DNA from: Octopus sinensis | Taxonomy: Eukaryota | Length of the DNA: 64,000 nucleotides | Direction: 5' to 3' | Assembly: GCF_006345805.1 (NCBI RefSeq) | Contig: NC_042997.1 | Span: 88,660,001-88,724,000, forward strand | Shown here: piece after piece, positions 24,701 through 34,325 of the stretch | Layout: each line of letters begins with the position of its first letter | Position numbering within the stretch: position 1 is the stretch's first letter | Made by a program: the position numbers and the translations under genes | Notes under the pieces: generated by a model | The model's input: the letters and a program-made list of their open reading frames with translations, nothing else | What the model was told of the DNA's origin: nothing | Databases searched by the model: none

Positions 24701-27700
24701 CCTTACGTGCACTTTCGGTTACTTTGTATCTTTTTTATCATCTGACTTTCAAGTCTAAATTTTAGCATTAGACTTTTACGCTACATTACACATAATTTCA
24801 GAGATCACGAGCAAAGCCTTCACTCTCTATATCTTTTGGTTTAGAGTAAATTACACTTGACAGTAAGTATTCAAACAACTGATAAGTTCATAAAGAGGAA
24901 TAGTCAAAAATATTTAGAACTTAAGAAATCAACAGCAACAGTAGCAAAAAGAACAACATACTTCTGGTATCTGAGGATAAATAAAAAAAAAAAAAAGAGA
25001 GACTGTACCACGCTTAATAATACAATTTAGTGTCGCTGGCAGGATTTACTAAGATCTTCACTGTCTAAAATTGTATTTAAATATGTAGGAACAGTTTTGA
25101 AATTTTAATTTCATATTCACCTGGCAAAATACACATTCCTTTGGCATCTATTACCTTCTTGAATTGAGAAACAGGATACTTGAGTAGAATTTCTTTGGTG
25201 TCACCTATTTCTAATATATTTCCAATTCTGAAAACAAAGAAGAAAAGAAAAAGAAGCTTTTAAATAAAAAAAAATATATTGTGGCAGTTACGGAATATGT
25301 CCCTCATCCTATTTGTAACTGGTGTGAGTTCTATGTACCTTCCTGGATATAATAATAATAATGAAATTATTGTATACAGTGCTCAGGTGCACCACAACTT
25401 GTCAGAAAATGCATATAAAGTACATGCAGTAATGTAAAAATGTCTGGAAAGTGAACAATGTATGAGTCAGATACATGCTTGTGTGTGTATGGAGGGGAGA
25501 AAATCAGGTGTAGTGTTGGCGAATCTCAGAAAGCATGGAAGTTTTGAAGGATGCAGTGCTCCGACAAATAACAACTGATATAGAACCACTTATGTAATTA
25601 TGTGTTACCTACATGTTATAACTTAGTTTCCCCAATCATATTCTTTTTAATTGAATATCATGTATCAAATGGAGATGTGGTTTTGTTTTATAAAATTAAA
25701 TCTTAAATGAAAATTGATTATCTTGAGTTGATTAAGTAAAAGGATAGATAGTGCAACAATATTTATATTTTCCATTGATGAATTTGCAACCTGTTCAGTT
25801 TTAGGTTTCAATTGCTGACATGTGTGTTATTGTATTGGTGATGCACTGTGAGATGAAATAAAGACTAACATTTTGAGCAAGCCCTTTCATTTTATGTTTC
25901 TTCTACAAATATGTTCAATTTGAAATGATAGTCTTTAATTCAGTTCACATCAAAGCACAAACAAAAATATAAAAATCTATACCAGGTCTCACAACTCTGC
26001 ACTCTATCTGAAAATAATTCACACAATGCCCTTGCCAGCATGGAAAATTGACATTAAATAATGATAATAGTGATAGTGATGATGATGATGAGCAAGTAGA
26101 ACAACCATGCGAAAGGAGGGGTGACGAATGAATGACTCCTTTAATACACTGCATGGTCGCTTACAATAAAAGCAAAACAGATAAATGAGTATGAGTGTCA
26201 GAAGGAAAAGAAAGATGATACAACCATTAGAATGTTTAAAAGAAAGATTTTATTTAGGTGTTAACATGTGTGTCTGTGCATGCGACATAAGTACACATAT
26301 AATAATAGACAAGCAGTCATGCATACATAATGTGTATGTGTGTACAAACAAGGGTGTATGCGTGTGCGATAAAATAGAGAGCATAGAAAGAGTCTATAAC
26401 AGGACACTAGAAGTTCATACACAATGAAGATAAATACCAGTTCGTAATAAGGTACACAATAGTTGAAGTGCTGTAACAAGAAGTTGTGGCTACACTGCAG
26501 AACCGATCGAGGCACATGTCATGCAGGAAGCTGTGGATACTATGCAGGGCCGGTTACTTGATACAGGAAGATCTTGCAGGTTGTATTTGCTGTTAGCCAT
26601 GGTGAAGTAATTCACAAATAGTGTGGAGATAGAACCTGGGTGAATGTTGCTGTGTACGTAGAGCTGTTGGCATCGTTAAGAAGACAGAGGCGATGGAGAT
26701 GGAGGTCCAGAATGCTGCTGGACAAAGTTGAGTTTCTATGTGAGCTGCTGGTGTTGTCTGTCACTGGAACTGGCTGTGTGATCTGTGGTCAGTGGTTAGA
26801 CCTTAGAAGGTCTAGAACCAAAGACAAAATACGATTTTGTAACTAGCTTTTTATAGGGACCAGGAGGCTCCAACAGAGATTTAGAAGACTGTGTCATGGG
26901 ACCTTATCAGAAGGCTGCAATTGGTTGGGTTGCACATTGGTGCATAACAGAGCAAGAGACAAATTGCGCCAATACAAACCAATCAGAGTAGTGGACACAA
27001 CAGGGCCCAAATGGCCGAAGGCTAGCTGTTTTCTGCTACGTCCGTATTTATGTTATATATGAGAGAGAGAGAGAGAGAATTTCACTCAGCGTACGCTACA
27101 AGCACATACTTTACACAACTACCATCAAATAACTCAACATACTCTCTTATGTAATCAATACTATGATACAACACATCCTGCACACCAGTAATAACTTACA
27201 CAGCTTGTGTTCTATACAATTTTGAACCAATAATATAACACGATCCACACAGAACATACTGTACACAATCAAAGCCTAACACTAAAATGTATCACATAAC
27301 CCACAACACATGCCAAATACAAGCAGTGCCAACTAAACCACATATATGTCATCTATTCTTATTTCTTTACTGCCCACAAGAGGCTACACACAGAGGGGAA
27401 AAACAAGAACAGACAAACGGATTAAGTCAATTACATCGACTCCAGTGTGTAACTGGTACTTATTTAATCGACCCCGAAAGGATGAAAGGCAAAGTCGACC
27501 TCGGCAGAATTTGAACTCAGAACGTAAAGACAGACGAAATACCGCTAAGCATTTCGCCCGCCGTGCTAGTGATACTGCCAGCTCACCGCCTCTCATCTAT
27601 TCTACACAACAAAGTAACACAAGAGTCACCAGAACAGCCTCACAACAAATCTAGACGTAGCATACAGATACAATCCTATACCTACAAGAGATAATGCTAC

Positions 27701-28799
27701 ACATACTTCAGGTACTTAGTTTCATAGAAGTTTGCATAAAACTGTTGAAAACATGACAGAAGAATTAAGGGAAGGGGACAGTCGATTATACTCAGCCCAG
27801 CACTTAACTGATACTTCATTTTATTGACTGAAAAAGGAGGGAAGTTAGAGTTGACCTTGGTAGGATTTGAACTAAAATAACAGAAGGGTGTGACGTAATA
27901 CTGCGAAGCATTCTTACCCTATGCTCTAATGATTCTAACAATCCCCTATGATCAATAATAATGATGGTGATGGTGATGGTGATGATGATGTGGAAACAAT
28001 GAACATGTTTTTACAGGAGATAATCAAAGAATGTAACATTGTAATACTTCATGTAAAGTAAATATAACAAATGAAAAAACCTTCAAGAATCCATAAAAAT
28101 TCCTAGTTCACCACCAAAATTTCATCATCTGTTCCTTTGTCATTACCAACTTTTTCTGCAAGTTTCATCAAATACCATTCACTACTTTTTGAGTTATTTT
28201 GTACACAGACAGACAAACAAACCAACACTGCTGAAAACATAACCTCCTTCCTTGGCGGAGATAACAATGTCAAAATACATTTAAATGTCCATAATAGCAA
28301 ACACTATATTCAATAAGTCTTGGCCTCTCTCGCTGGAATAAGTACCAGAATTTGAGTTAATGAGGCATCCACAACATGGTCACTAGATCTAAGAGAAATA
28401 GCAATGATATCTCTTTTAAATTACAAACTATTCTCTTTTTTATTGTCATCGTAACACCACACTATCATCTTATAATCAAATTATTTTTAAAACAAACTTC
28501 TGATTTACTTATGCTTTGACTGACATTCTATAGAACAATACTCTGCAAAACAAAAGATATGGCACCCTAGTCATAACACCAACTTGAACTTCTAACTTGT
28601 TGTCTCTTGAGGTTTCTGGGTGAAACTTGGAGTCAACTTGTACAAACACAAAGCAAAAGCCAAACAAATAATGATAATAATAATAATAATCTATATAAAA
28701 ATCTGCTTGTTCGTTTGCTCATTATACTTTAGTTAGTAAGAGAGGTGGAGAGTGAGTGAGTGAGAGGTGGAATAACAGTGTGTCTGTGTGTTTGTGTGA

Positions 28800-28843
<44 letters not shown>

Positions 28844-29519
28844 AGAATGAAGAAATAAGAGAGGAAGAAGTAGAGAAAGGCGATTAATATTAACACACTT
28901 AGGCCAAATGTGTCATGTGGTCAGCTGAAGGCAGAGGTGAAGAATGAGAGAAAAAACTAGTGAGAGAAAAAGAGGGTGAGAGAAGTGTTAACAACATATG
29001 GTGGGGTTGAGAAGGAATACTTATTACCTACATTATCACATGTGTCCTTTCCTTTTTTTAAAAAAGAGAATTGTTTGTAATTCAAAAGAGATTTGGTTGT
29101 TATCTCTCTTAGATCTAGCGACCATGTGGTGGATGCCTCATTAACTCTAATTCTGCTACTTATTCCAGTGAGAGAGGCCAAGACTTATTAAATATAGGGT
29201 TCTATTCAAAGAGACAACAAAAATAAACTATATATGGTGCCTACAGTGAGATGCAAACTTAAAATATTTTATCCACTCAATCATATTCTTCAGTAGAACT
29301 TAAACAGGAAAATAAATGTAAGAGCTGGGTGGAGAGTAGCTACAAATATATATATACATACCTATCAACTACAAGGCTAAGGCTGTCATTGTCTTTAGCA
29401 TTTAACACTTGCAACTCATTCATCTCCTTTCCAGCAAGTACATTTTTGCCAGTGTTGCACACAGTAACAATTTGTTGTGCTGAACGCACCAGTAAACGAT
29501 ATTTCTTCTCACTGGACAT
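2323..29519 (-). CDS. AMDHD1: Imidazolonepropionase (amidohydrolase domain-containing protein 1), complete: join of 29519-29362, 25227-25121, 16827-16763, 15783-15506, 13769-13544, 12869-12651, 3443-3283, 2434-2323; 1326 nt, 441 aa
   Basis: Manual splicing gives one open frame from [16 protein letters not shown] to HNSNLSKY*. All introns are GT-AG with matching phases. Metal/catalytic motifs [28 protein letters not shown] and GSDFNP are present. Confidence 0.97.
3283..3443 (-). CDS. AMDHD1: AMDHD1 exon 7 ([14 protein letters not shown]...[20 protein letters not shown])
   Basis: ttttcag|CCT...AG|gtaaga; 161 nt; not in the ORF track. Confidence 0.96.
3661..4335 (+). mobile_element. CR1-group LINE, 5'-truncated 3' end (RT C-terminus)
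   Basis: [28 protein letters not shown], then ORF 3859..4185; 3' end gttgtggtacacctgagcactgtatacaataatttcattattat. Confidence 0.9.
4616..7877. repeat. About 3.3-kb degenerate (TA)n microsatellite with TATC interruptions, split by a 200-bp unique island (5436-5637)
   Basis: Seen directly. Confidence 0.98.
7878..10215 (-). mobile_element. Penelope-like element (Neptune-like), 5'-truncated: RT palm/thumb, Cys linker, GIY-YIG endonuclease, long 3' region
   Basis: GLYRDDGL and DFLDV..KPFRKP (ORF 9762..10217); WFNP..CNxxxxxxCPLxGxC, [19 protein letters not shown] (9145..9675); [17 protein letters not shown] (9000..9203). Frameshifted; the 3' end abuts (TA)n. Confidence 0.93.
7975..8022 (-). ncRNA. 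Minimal type I hammerhead ribozyme in the PLE 3' repeat
   Basis: Minus strand reads AAAAACUGU-CUGAUGA-ACAGCAACGA-GAAA-CUC-A-GAG-UA^ACAG-A-UUUU. Both catalytic boxes are intact, stem I is CUGU/ACAG, stem III is ACUC/GAGU, and the GUA site cleaves after 7984. Stem II is reduced, with an A.A mismatch. Confidence 0.75.
10376..10632. repeat. Compound (TA)n/(TACA)n microsatellite with recurring TACATGTA
   Basis: Seen directly; it explains the spurious IYIY ORFs. Confidence 0.95.
10633..11512. mobile_element. Mariner (Tc1/mariner) derivative made of two inverted 5' ends; transposase N-terminal remnant on +
   Basis: TA-flanked TIR (T/C)G(A/T)GGTCTGATCAATAAGTATCCGGACTG at both ends. Transposase remnant [30 protein letters not shown] (ORFs 10839, 11106). 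Inverted homology extends about 250-275 bp. Confidence 0.92.
11543..12456. mobile_element. ORF-less element with tandem and inverted pseudo-LTR architecture (probable non-autonomous Penelope-like element)
   Basis: Direct repeats 11633-11871 and 12218-12456 (239 bp, about 6 mismatches, period 585). Inverted 60-bp arm 11542-11601 matches 11721-11780. Abuts (TA)n. Class is inferred. Confidence 0.65.
12651..12869 (-). CDS. AMDHD1: AMDHD1 exon 6 ([15 protein letters not shown]...[13 protein letters not shown])
   Basis: ORF 12642..12869; tatag|ATG...ATG|gtgaga; 219 nt. Confidence 0.97.
13544..13769 (-). CDS. AMDHD1: AMDHD1 exon 5 ([10 protein letters not shown]...[14 protein letters not shown])
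   Basis: Within ORF 13424..13837; ttttag|A...GAG|gtcagg; 226 nt. Confidence 0.97.
13992..14233. mobile_element. Tc1/mariner-type MITE, 242 bp
   Basis: TA-flanked TIRs (C/T)AGGGTGTTCAAAA..TCTCTC at both ends. Confidence 0.8.
14590..14895 (-). mobile_element. tRNA-derived SINE (central ttgagcaagacactt motif, (taccctt)n-like tail)
   Basis: Recognised SINE central motif ..gagcaagacactttatttcacatcgttccagttcactcagctgtagaaatgag; boundaries approximate. Confidence 0.55.
15506..15783 (-). CDS. AMDHD1: AMDHD1 exon 4 ([15 protein letters not shown]...FCGAHAVP-K)
   Basis: ORF 15502..15783; ttttag|TTG...AA|gtaaa; 278 nt. Confidence 0.98.
16109..16322 (+). mobile_element. Mariner-derived MITE retaining the transposase C-terminus
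   Basis: TIRs gtactaaaaagttcctggcttt / aaagccaggaacttttcagcat; internal [21 protein letters not shown]. Confidence 0.8.
16763..16827 (-). CDS. AMDHD1: AMDHD1 exon 3 ([22 protein letters not shown])
   Basis: ttttag|GT...AAG|gtaaca; 65 nt; HxH metal-binding motif. Confidence 0.97.
17199..17680 (+). mobile_element. Two tandem octopus-type tRNA-derived SINEs (family A: 17199-17412, 17481-17680) joined by (ATT)n; a degraded third copy at about 16990-17185
   Basis: ggcagtaagctggcagaatc..aaatgcttag..gagttcaaattc..gactttgcctttcatcc..ggccttgtg. Confidence 0.85.
18178..18489 (+). mobile_element. RTE-clade LINE 3' end with (ATG)n tail and 13-bp TSD
   Basis: ORF 18206..18484 ([25 protein letters not shown]). 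TSD ATTATGTTCAAAA at 18165-18177 and 18490-18502. Confidence 0.9.
18536..18773. mobile_element. Tc1/mariner-type MITE with about 33-bp TIRs, inserted in the CR1 3' region
   Basis: agggttggccaaaagtcacctgacagtaaa versus the reverse complement of tttactgttgggtgacttttggccaaccct. Confidence 0.85.
21799..22042 (+). repeat. Minisatellite, about 6 copies of a roughly 42-bp unit (atatacatttgtatgtatatgcacaatgacaaaaaattatttaa)
   Basis: Seen directly. Confidence 0.9.
22070..22720 (+). mobile_element. Degenerate RT fragment of a CRE-like (RLE-type) non-LTR retrotransposon
   Basis: ORF 22122..22640: [46 protein letters not shown] (decayed YLDD). Confidence 0.75.
23090..24433 (-). mobile_element. hAT-type DNA transposon 5' part with decayed transposase
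   Basis: Terminal GGGTTGCCAGAC at 24432-24421; subterminal GGGAC/GTCCC motifs. ORF 23373..23645 ([36 protein letters not shown]) has a zinc-finger-like N-terminus. Confidence 0.7.
23833..24255. mobile_element. MITE, 423 bp, 28-bp TIRs, 8-bp TSD, internal TTAGGG repeats
   Basis: TIR GGATCTTTTCGG(G/T)TTGAACG(G/A)CAGTTTT; TSD AAGCATAG at 23825-23832 and 24256-24263. Confidence 0.92.
25121..25227 (-). CDS. AMDHD1: AMDHD1 exon 2 (IGNILEIG...[11 protein letters not shown])
   Basis: ttttcag|A...CCAG|gtgaat; 107 nt; phases 2/1. Confidence 0.95.
25352..25577 (-). mobile_element. CR1-group LINE short 3' end
   Basis: Near-identical reverse complement of the 4110-4335 end. Confidence 0.9.
26095..27040 (-). 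mobile_element. Probable solo LTR (about 945 bp)
   Basis: Minus strand: (C/T)GTAGCAG start, CCAAT boxes (26940-26936, 26924-26920), TATAAAAA (26855-26848), AATAAA (26254-26249), ..TTCTAC end. Both termini are 1 nt off TG..CA and no TSD was found. Confidence 0.45.
27375..27590 (-). mobile_element. Family A tRNA-derived SINE, young (CpG-rich) copy
   Basis: ggcggtgagctggcag..cgaaatgcttagcggtatttcgtc..gagttcaaattc..gtcgactttgcc. Confidence 0.92.
28304..29197. repeat. Inverted repeat: arms 28304-28441 and 29060-29197
   Basis: 138-bp arms with about 13 mismatches (about 90% identity); 618-bp spacer. Confidence 0.93.
28690..28960 (+). mobile_element. Possible short non-autonomous Helitron
   Basis: A|TCTATATAAAA start and CTAG|T end around (GT)n(GA)n; no convincing 3' hairpin. 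Confidence 0.3.
29362..29519 (-). CDS. AMDHD1: AMDHD1 coding exon 1 ([53 protein letters not shown])
   Basis: ATG at 29519; ends AG|gtatgt (phase 2); resembles the animal AMDHD1 N-terminus (LLxxAQQxVxVC). Confidence 0.92.
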
Positions 29520-30829
29520 AACTATTCCTTTTGCAAATGTTTTAAGAAATGAAATGATATGTAATGATAGAAAACAATGCTATGCTACAATTAATTAATT
29601 ACAGTTCTGTGTGTGAACTTATGAACAGATATTAATTACAAATATCATTCAAATCATAGTTTAACTTTAATTCGAGACTATCACTAAACTTCAGTGACAC
29701 TATCTGCATTTTAAATTTACTTGGGTGTGAGGACTAAATGAGAAGACAGTCATGACTGATCATTAATTAAGAAATAATATCAGATTGAGAGAAAACAAGA
29801 AATAAATCATGGAAAAATTACTTTGTGCTAGATACAGTGAGTCTGAATACAAATTTTTGGATTATCTATCTACGTTATAATTTACTGGTAATTAATAAGT
29901 AGGTTACTTTGAGCAAAATTAGTGCAGGCTCATCCTTATTCATAAAACAACCCATTGAAATGAGGATAAAATTTAAAAAAACATAAAACTTAATTCTCTC
30001 GGGTAAAAGTTGATGATTTATTGCTCATTTTACATTTATACAACAAACAATAAAAAACATATAATATTTGCTTCTTTCCAAACTGATTTTAGCCTATTTC
30101 CCTTCTTACTTAAAATTTTGCTTAATTGTGTTGCTCTTTATTAGCCTAATTCTGTTGCTTTTTGTTTTGTTGGAAAATAAAACCTGAATTGAAATTCCTC
30201 ATGCTTGTAAGAACAATATGAGTACTGAAACACGGTGTGCTGATCACAGTAAATAAGGTCAGTTGAAATATATGTGATACAGGTTGTTGGTTTAACTATC
30301 AACCATAGAAGGGTTTGTTGAAACCAACATTGAAGGTTATAATGTGATTACTCAAGTTACTAGAAATGTGTTGACTTGCTGCAGCCTCAATCATGCTCAT
30401 TGGCCCTCAGAGGACCCGCAGGAGTCATGTATAATGACCCTCCCTTCTCACTCAGATCACACTCTGTTATCATAAAAAGGAAGATCACATTTGACAATCT
30501 AATTCTATATGTAAAAAGAAATAAAAAAAAGACAGGTAAGTCATGATTAGATTTGAGACTAAACAATGAAAAGAATAAGTCAACTTTGGTGGGATATAAA
30601 CTCTATTCTTTTTTCGTCTCCTTGCACAGATTATTCAAGATTACAACTCATCACTTTTCACTCTCTACAGCAATCCATTACATTAGTCAGGTTCAATTAT
30701 CTACTTCATTCCTTTCTATTTTGAACTGGAAATATTAGTTAGTTTCTGAATTTCATTATTTTTCTCTCAGCAATGAATTTGCTTTTCTTATTCATCCACA
30801 GTATGTCCTCCCAATGGGATTATTTTATC

Positions 30830-31330
30830 TTCTAGTGAGGATGGTCTGATAAAATACACTCAGTCCATACTGCAAAGTGGTTTTGCAATTAGAAGGGTAT
30901 TCAATGAAAATTCCAAATGCGTAAGGCCTAGAATCACGAGGTCTTAACAAAGGCAAAATTTTAAGTAAGAAAGGAAAATGAGGGGAGTCTCTTATCCTCT
31001 GAGCTGTTTCCATGCACCTGTTGGAAACTATGGGTGTTCCAAAGGTGTAATGGGATCACAAACAGGTTATCAGAGAAGGAAGATTTTGTAACAGATGTGC
31101 TGGACTGGTTAGCAATATGGAAAAATTCACAGGAAAAAGTTACACAGAAAGTCCGCTGCAAGCAGTTAATAGCTTCTGTTACTTAGATTACCAAATAAGC
31201 AGTGGAAGAGGGTGTTCCAAAATCATTGTAGCCACTGAAAGAACAAGATGGAAAAAAGTTTAGGGAGTTGTTAGAAACCTCTGTTGGAACAAAGTGATTT
31301 TTCTGTGAGTGATGAGCAGATTGTATGATG
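30830..31330 (-). mobile_element. Highly degenerate LINE (L2/CR1 group) remnant
   Basis: Only faint endonuclease-like residues are visible; low certainty. Confidence 0.3.
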
Positions 31331-31599
31331 CTTGTGAAACATTGGCATTGTATGCATAGGATGTGGGATGGCTAAAAAGAAAGGAGAAGAGAAAGGAGGA
31401 TGTCCAACTGGATGAGTATTGTTAGTGCACATGAATAACAGTGCACAAATAAGCCAAAGGAAAATGTGGATGTAAGAGAAATCAGAAGTAGTGTGTAATA
31501 GAGAAGATTGAGCTGGTATGGAAAAGTGATGTCACTTATAGGCCATAGAAACCACTTAACCATCCTTACGAGTCCAAGGACTTGAAATAGTAATATCCA

Positions 31600-31820
31600 G
31601 AGGTTGATGATGGTGGTGGTGGTGGTGCTGACATCTAATTCATACAAGCATTGAATGATGATGATAAGGAGGAGGAGGATAATATGACAGTGACAATGAC
31701 AAAGATGATGATGATGTCGATGACAATGACAACAATGACGATGATGATGATGAAATGTACCATGAGAGCCTTACTTTGATTAAAAGACATGACATACAAC
31801 ATGATGGTGGAGATGGACCT
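31600..31820 (+). repeat. Mosaic trinucleotide repeat (GGT/GAT/GAC/GGA)n
   Basis: Seen directly; explains poly-S/poly-I ORFs. Confidence 0.85.
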
Positions 31821-32101
31821 AATATGGGTGACAAACAAAGGCAAGGGACTAGCTAGCTTTGAGAAACAAAGGCCAGTGTTGTATCAGTGCTGATTACCTC
31901 TGATATCTTAAGATTAGTGCTTAGGAGAATATGTTGGAATTTGTCATTATAATATGTCTGTAGCTGATAGTTTATCATAGATAGGGTAGAGATAAAGTTA
32001 ACTAACATAAATTGCCCTCTATCGTCTAGGAGCAGGAGAGAAGTAAAAGAAGAGTGCAGTGTTTAGTTTCACCTTGATTTGTGCTGGGAATTGAAACTTT
32101 A

Positions 32102-32312
32102 TTAATAATAATAATAATAATAAACATTGTGTACAGTGCTCAGGTGCACTACAACTCATCTAAAGTGCATATATAATCAGGTGTAGTTTCGACGGATTTC
32201 GGAAAGCATGAGGGCCTTAAAGGATGCAGTGTCATGGCAGTCAACAACTGACGCAGGCAGTTTATTCCATGCTTCAGCAACTCTGAGCGTGAAGAAGTGT
32301 TTCCGAAAGTCA
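32102..32312 (-). mobile_element. CR1-group LINE short 3' end
   Basis: attgtgtacagtgctcaggtgcactacaac..ggatgcagtgtc..catgcttcagcaactctgagcgtga. Confidence 0.88.
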
Positions 32313-34129
32313 CATTACTTTCTATCTTTGCTAATTGTAGGGGTTGGAGTGGTAATAGTGTGGTAGTGGTAATGGTCAGACAGCAGAGATATCAATAAAA
32401 TATGTAATTAGTAGTGTACAAAACTGAGTATAGTGCCATGAGTTTTATCAATTGTGCCTTGTACTTTACAAAACAAGGCATTGTTTTTGGGGCAAAAAAA
32501 TATATATAGTAGTTTTTCATCACCACAACTCACTCTCCCCCTCCTGTTTTGAGGATTTGGGATTTTGGGGTCATCTTACTGTGTGTCACATTCCAGACCA
32601 TGCACTAAGCACTGTACTAACATTCTCCTTCTCAAAACATCAACTCTCTGGAAATCTCTTCTTGCAGTTGTTAACTTACAGACAGATATTCAACTAAATA
32701 TGAGTCACAGTATGCAGATCTGTTGTTTTTCATATGAGGTACAAACGTGGATATTTCTATAATATAATTTCTGGTTATAAAGCTGAAGATTTCTTAGTTG
32801 AATGCTTTAGAAAATTAAATACCTTATTGACTGATTTTATGGTACATTGATATTCCATATAATTACTTTCATATAAGGAATACAGAAATCAAGTGCTCTG
32901 CCTCCTTCCTTTGACTAACTGATAAAGAAAACAAAATTAAATTGCCATTGATAGTTGCTGATGCAGAGGGAGAGTAATGAGAAGTAGTTCTTTATACTAG
33001 AGAGAAATATTTCTGGTCACAGATAGGAACAGAGGTACACAGTAAAAAAAAAAAGAGAGAGAGAAATGAAATACAATTATGACAACTACTCTAACAGAAG
33101 AGTCAGTAACATCTAGAATCAACTGAACTGATGCAACTTCATACACATAGTCTGAAGGATATTCCAGCAATTGATTTCTTGTTTTATTTTTGTTATATTA
33201 GCAATAATTGAACTAGTTTGCAGATCAATCTAAATCCATCCATCACAAGATTTTCCAGTGTTTTCTATGTAACAAAATGGGATCTTTTGATCTGTTACAA
33301 ATAGCAGCAAAATTTTCTTCAAACCACATCCCAATGTCTTAAAAGAGGACATATTGGATGATGTAGTTCAGGGTATACTATGTTTGAAAAACAATTATAT
33401 TATGGGATGGATAAGGACAGAATACATTTGAACTTATGTCTGCTCAACCAGGGCTGATTTATAGCTAAACAACAACAGCAGCAGCTGACCTTGTGTCATT
33501 TGTTATTCTTCTCACACCAACACAGCAGATAAGCTGCTTCAACATATCAGATTTTTTATCAAAAAGAAACACCTTTCAATTCATATTAGGGATTTTAGGC
33601 AATGATATAGATGTAGGTCAGTTTCAAATTTAGTGAGAATTATCTGAATGTTATCTTTTGTTGTTCTATTTACCCTTTACAGATGAAACAATTTAGCCAT
33701 GTTACATGCTAAAGCATGTATAAAAGAAAGCCAATAAAATGTATTTTTGCTACAATGAGAAAAAGTAAAATGCTGATAATGTTTTTTTTAATTTAAAAAT
33801 TAAAATTATTTCTCATTATTTTCAGTTTTGCTGTCTAAATTTTTGACTGGTAGGGGGACATATTCATCAATTATAAATTCTTTTAATTATTTTTTTCTTC
33901 TGGAAATATATATTTCTACATAAATAATAAGAGAAAAAGTAAAACACTTGTGTGTGAGTTTCATTCTTCAGGCAGTTTCAATACAAATGATACATAAGTG
34001 AAATCAGGTATACTGCAAATCCATTTAAGATTGACTTTAATGCCTTGTTCTCAAGTGTAATATCGATATTTTAAAATCTATTATTTTTTCATGTTTTGCA
34101 CATCATTCCAATAATAAATTCTTTCTACT

Positions 34130-34325
34130 ATAGGTACAAGGTTAGAAATTTTTGTGAGAAGTGGGAAGTCAATTACATCAACCCATGTATTCAACTGGTA
34201 TATATTTTACCAACTCCAAAACAATGAATGGTGAAATCAACTTAAATGGAATTTGAACTTAGAACATAAAACCAGAAGAAATACTGCTAAGCCTTTTGTG
34301 CAACATGCTAATGATTCTGCCAGCT
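34130..34325 (-). mobile_element. Family A SINE, diverged
   Basis: atttgaacttagaac..aatactgctaagc..atgctaatgattctgccagct. Confidence 0.75.

Noticed and set aside
27060-27375. Strongly C/A-skewed tract
   Set aside because: No period, ORF or termini; treated as degenerate low-complexity sequence.
28304-28441. H/ACA snoRNA reading of the inverted-repeat arm (two hairpins, ACAACA, terminal ACA)
   Set aside because: The copy with the H box is antisense to the host gene, and the sense copy has ACCACA, not ANANNA. An Infernal/snoRNA scan would settle it.
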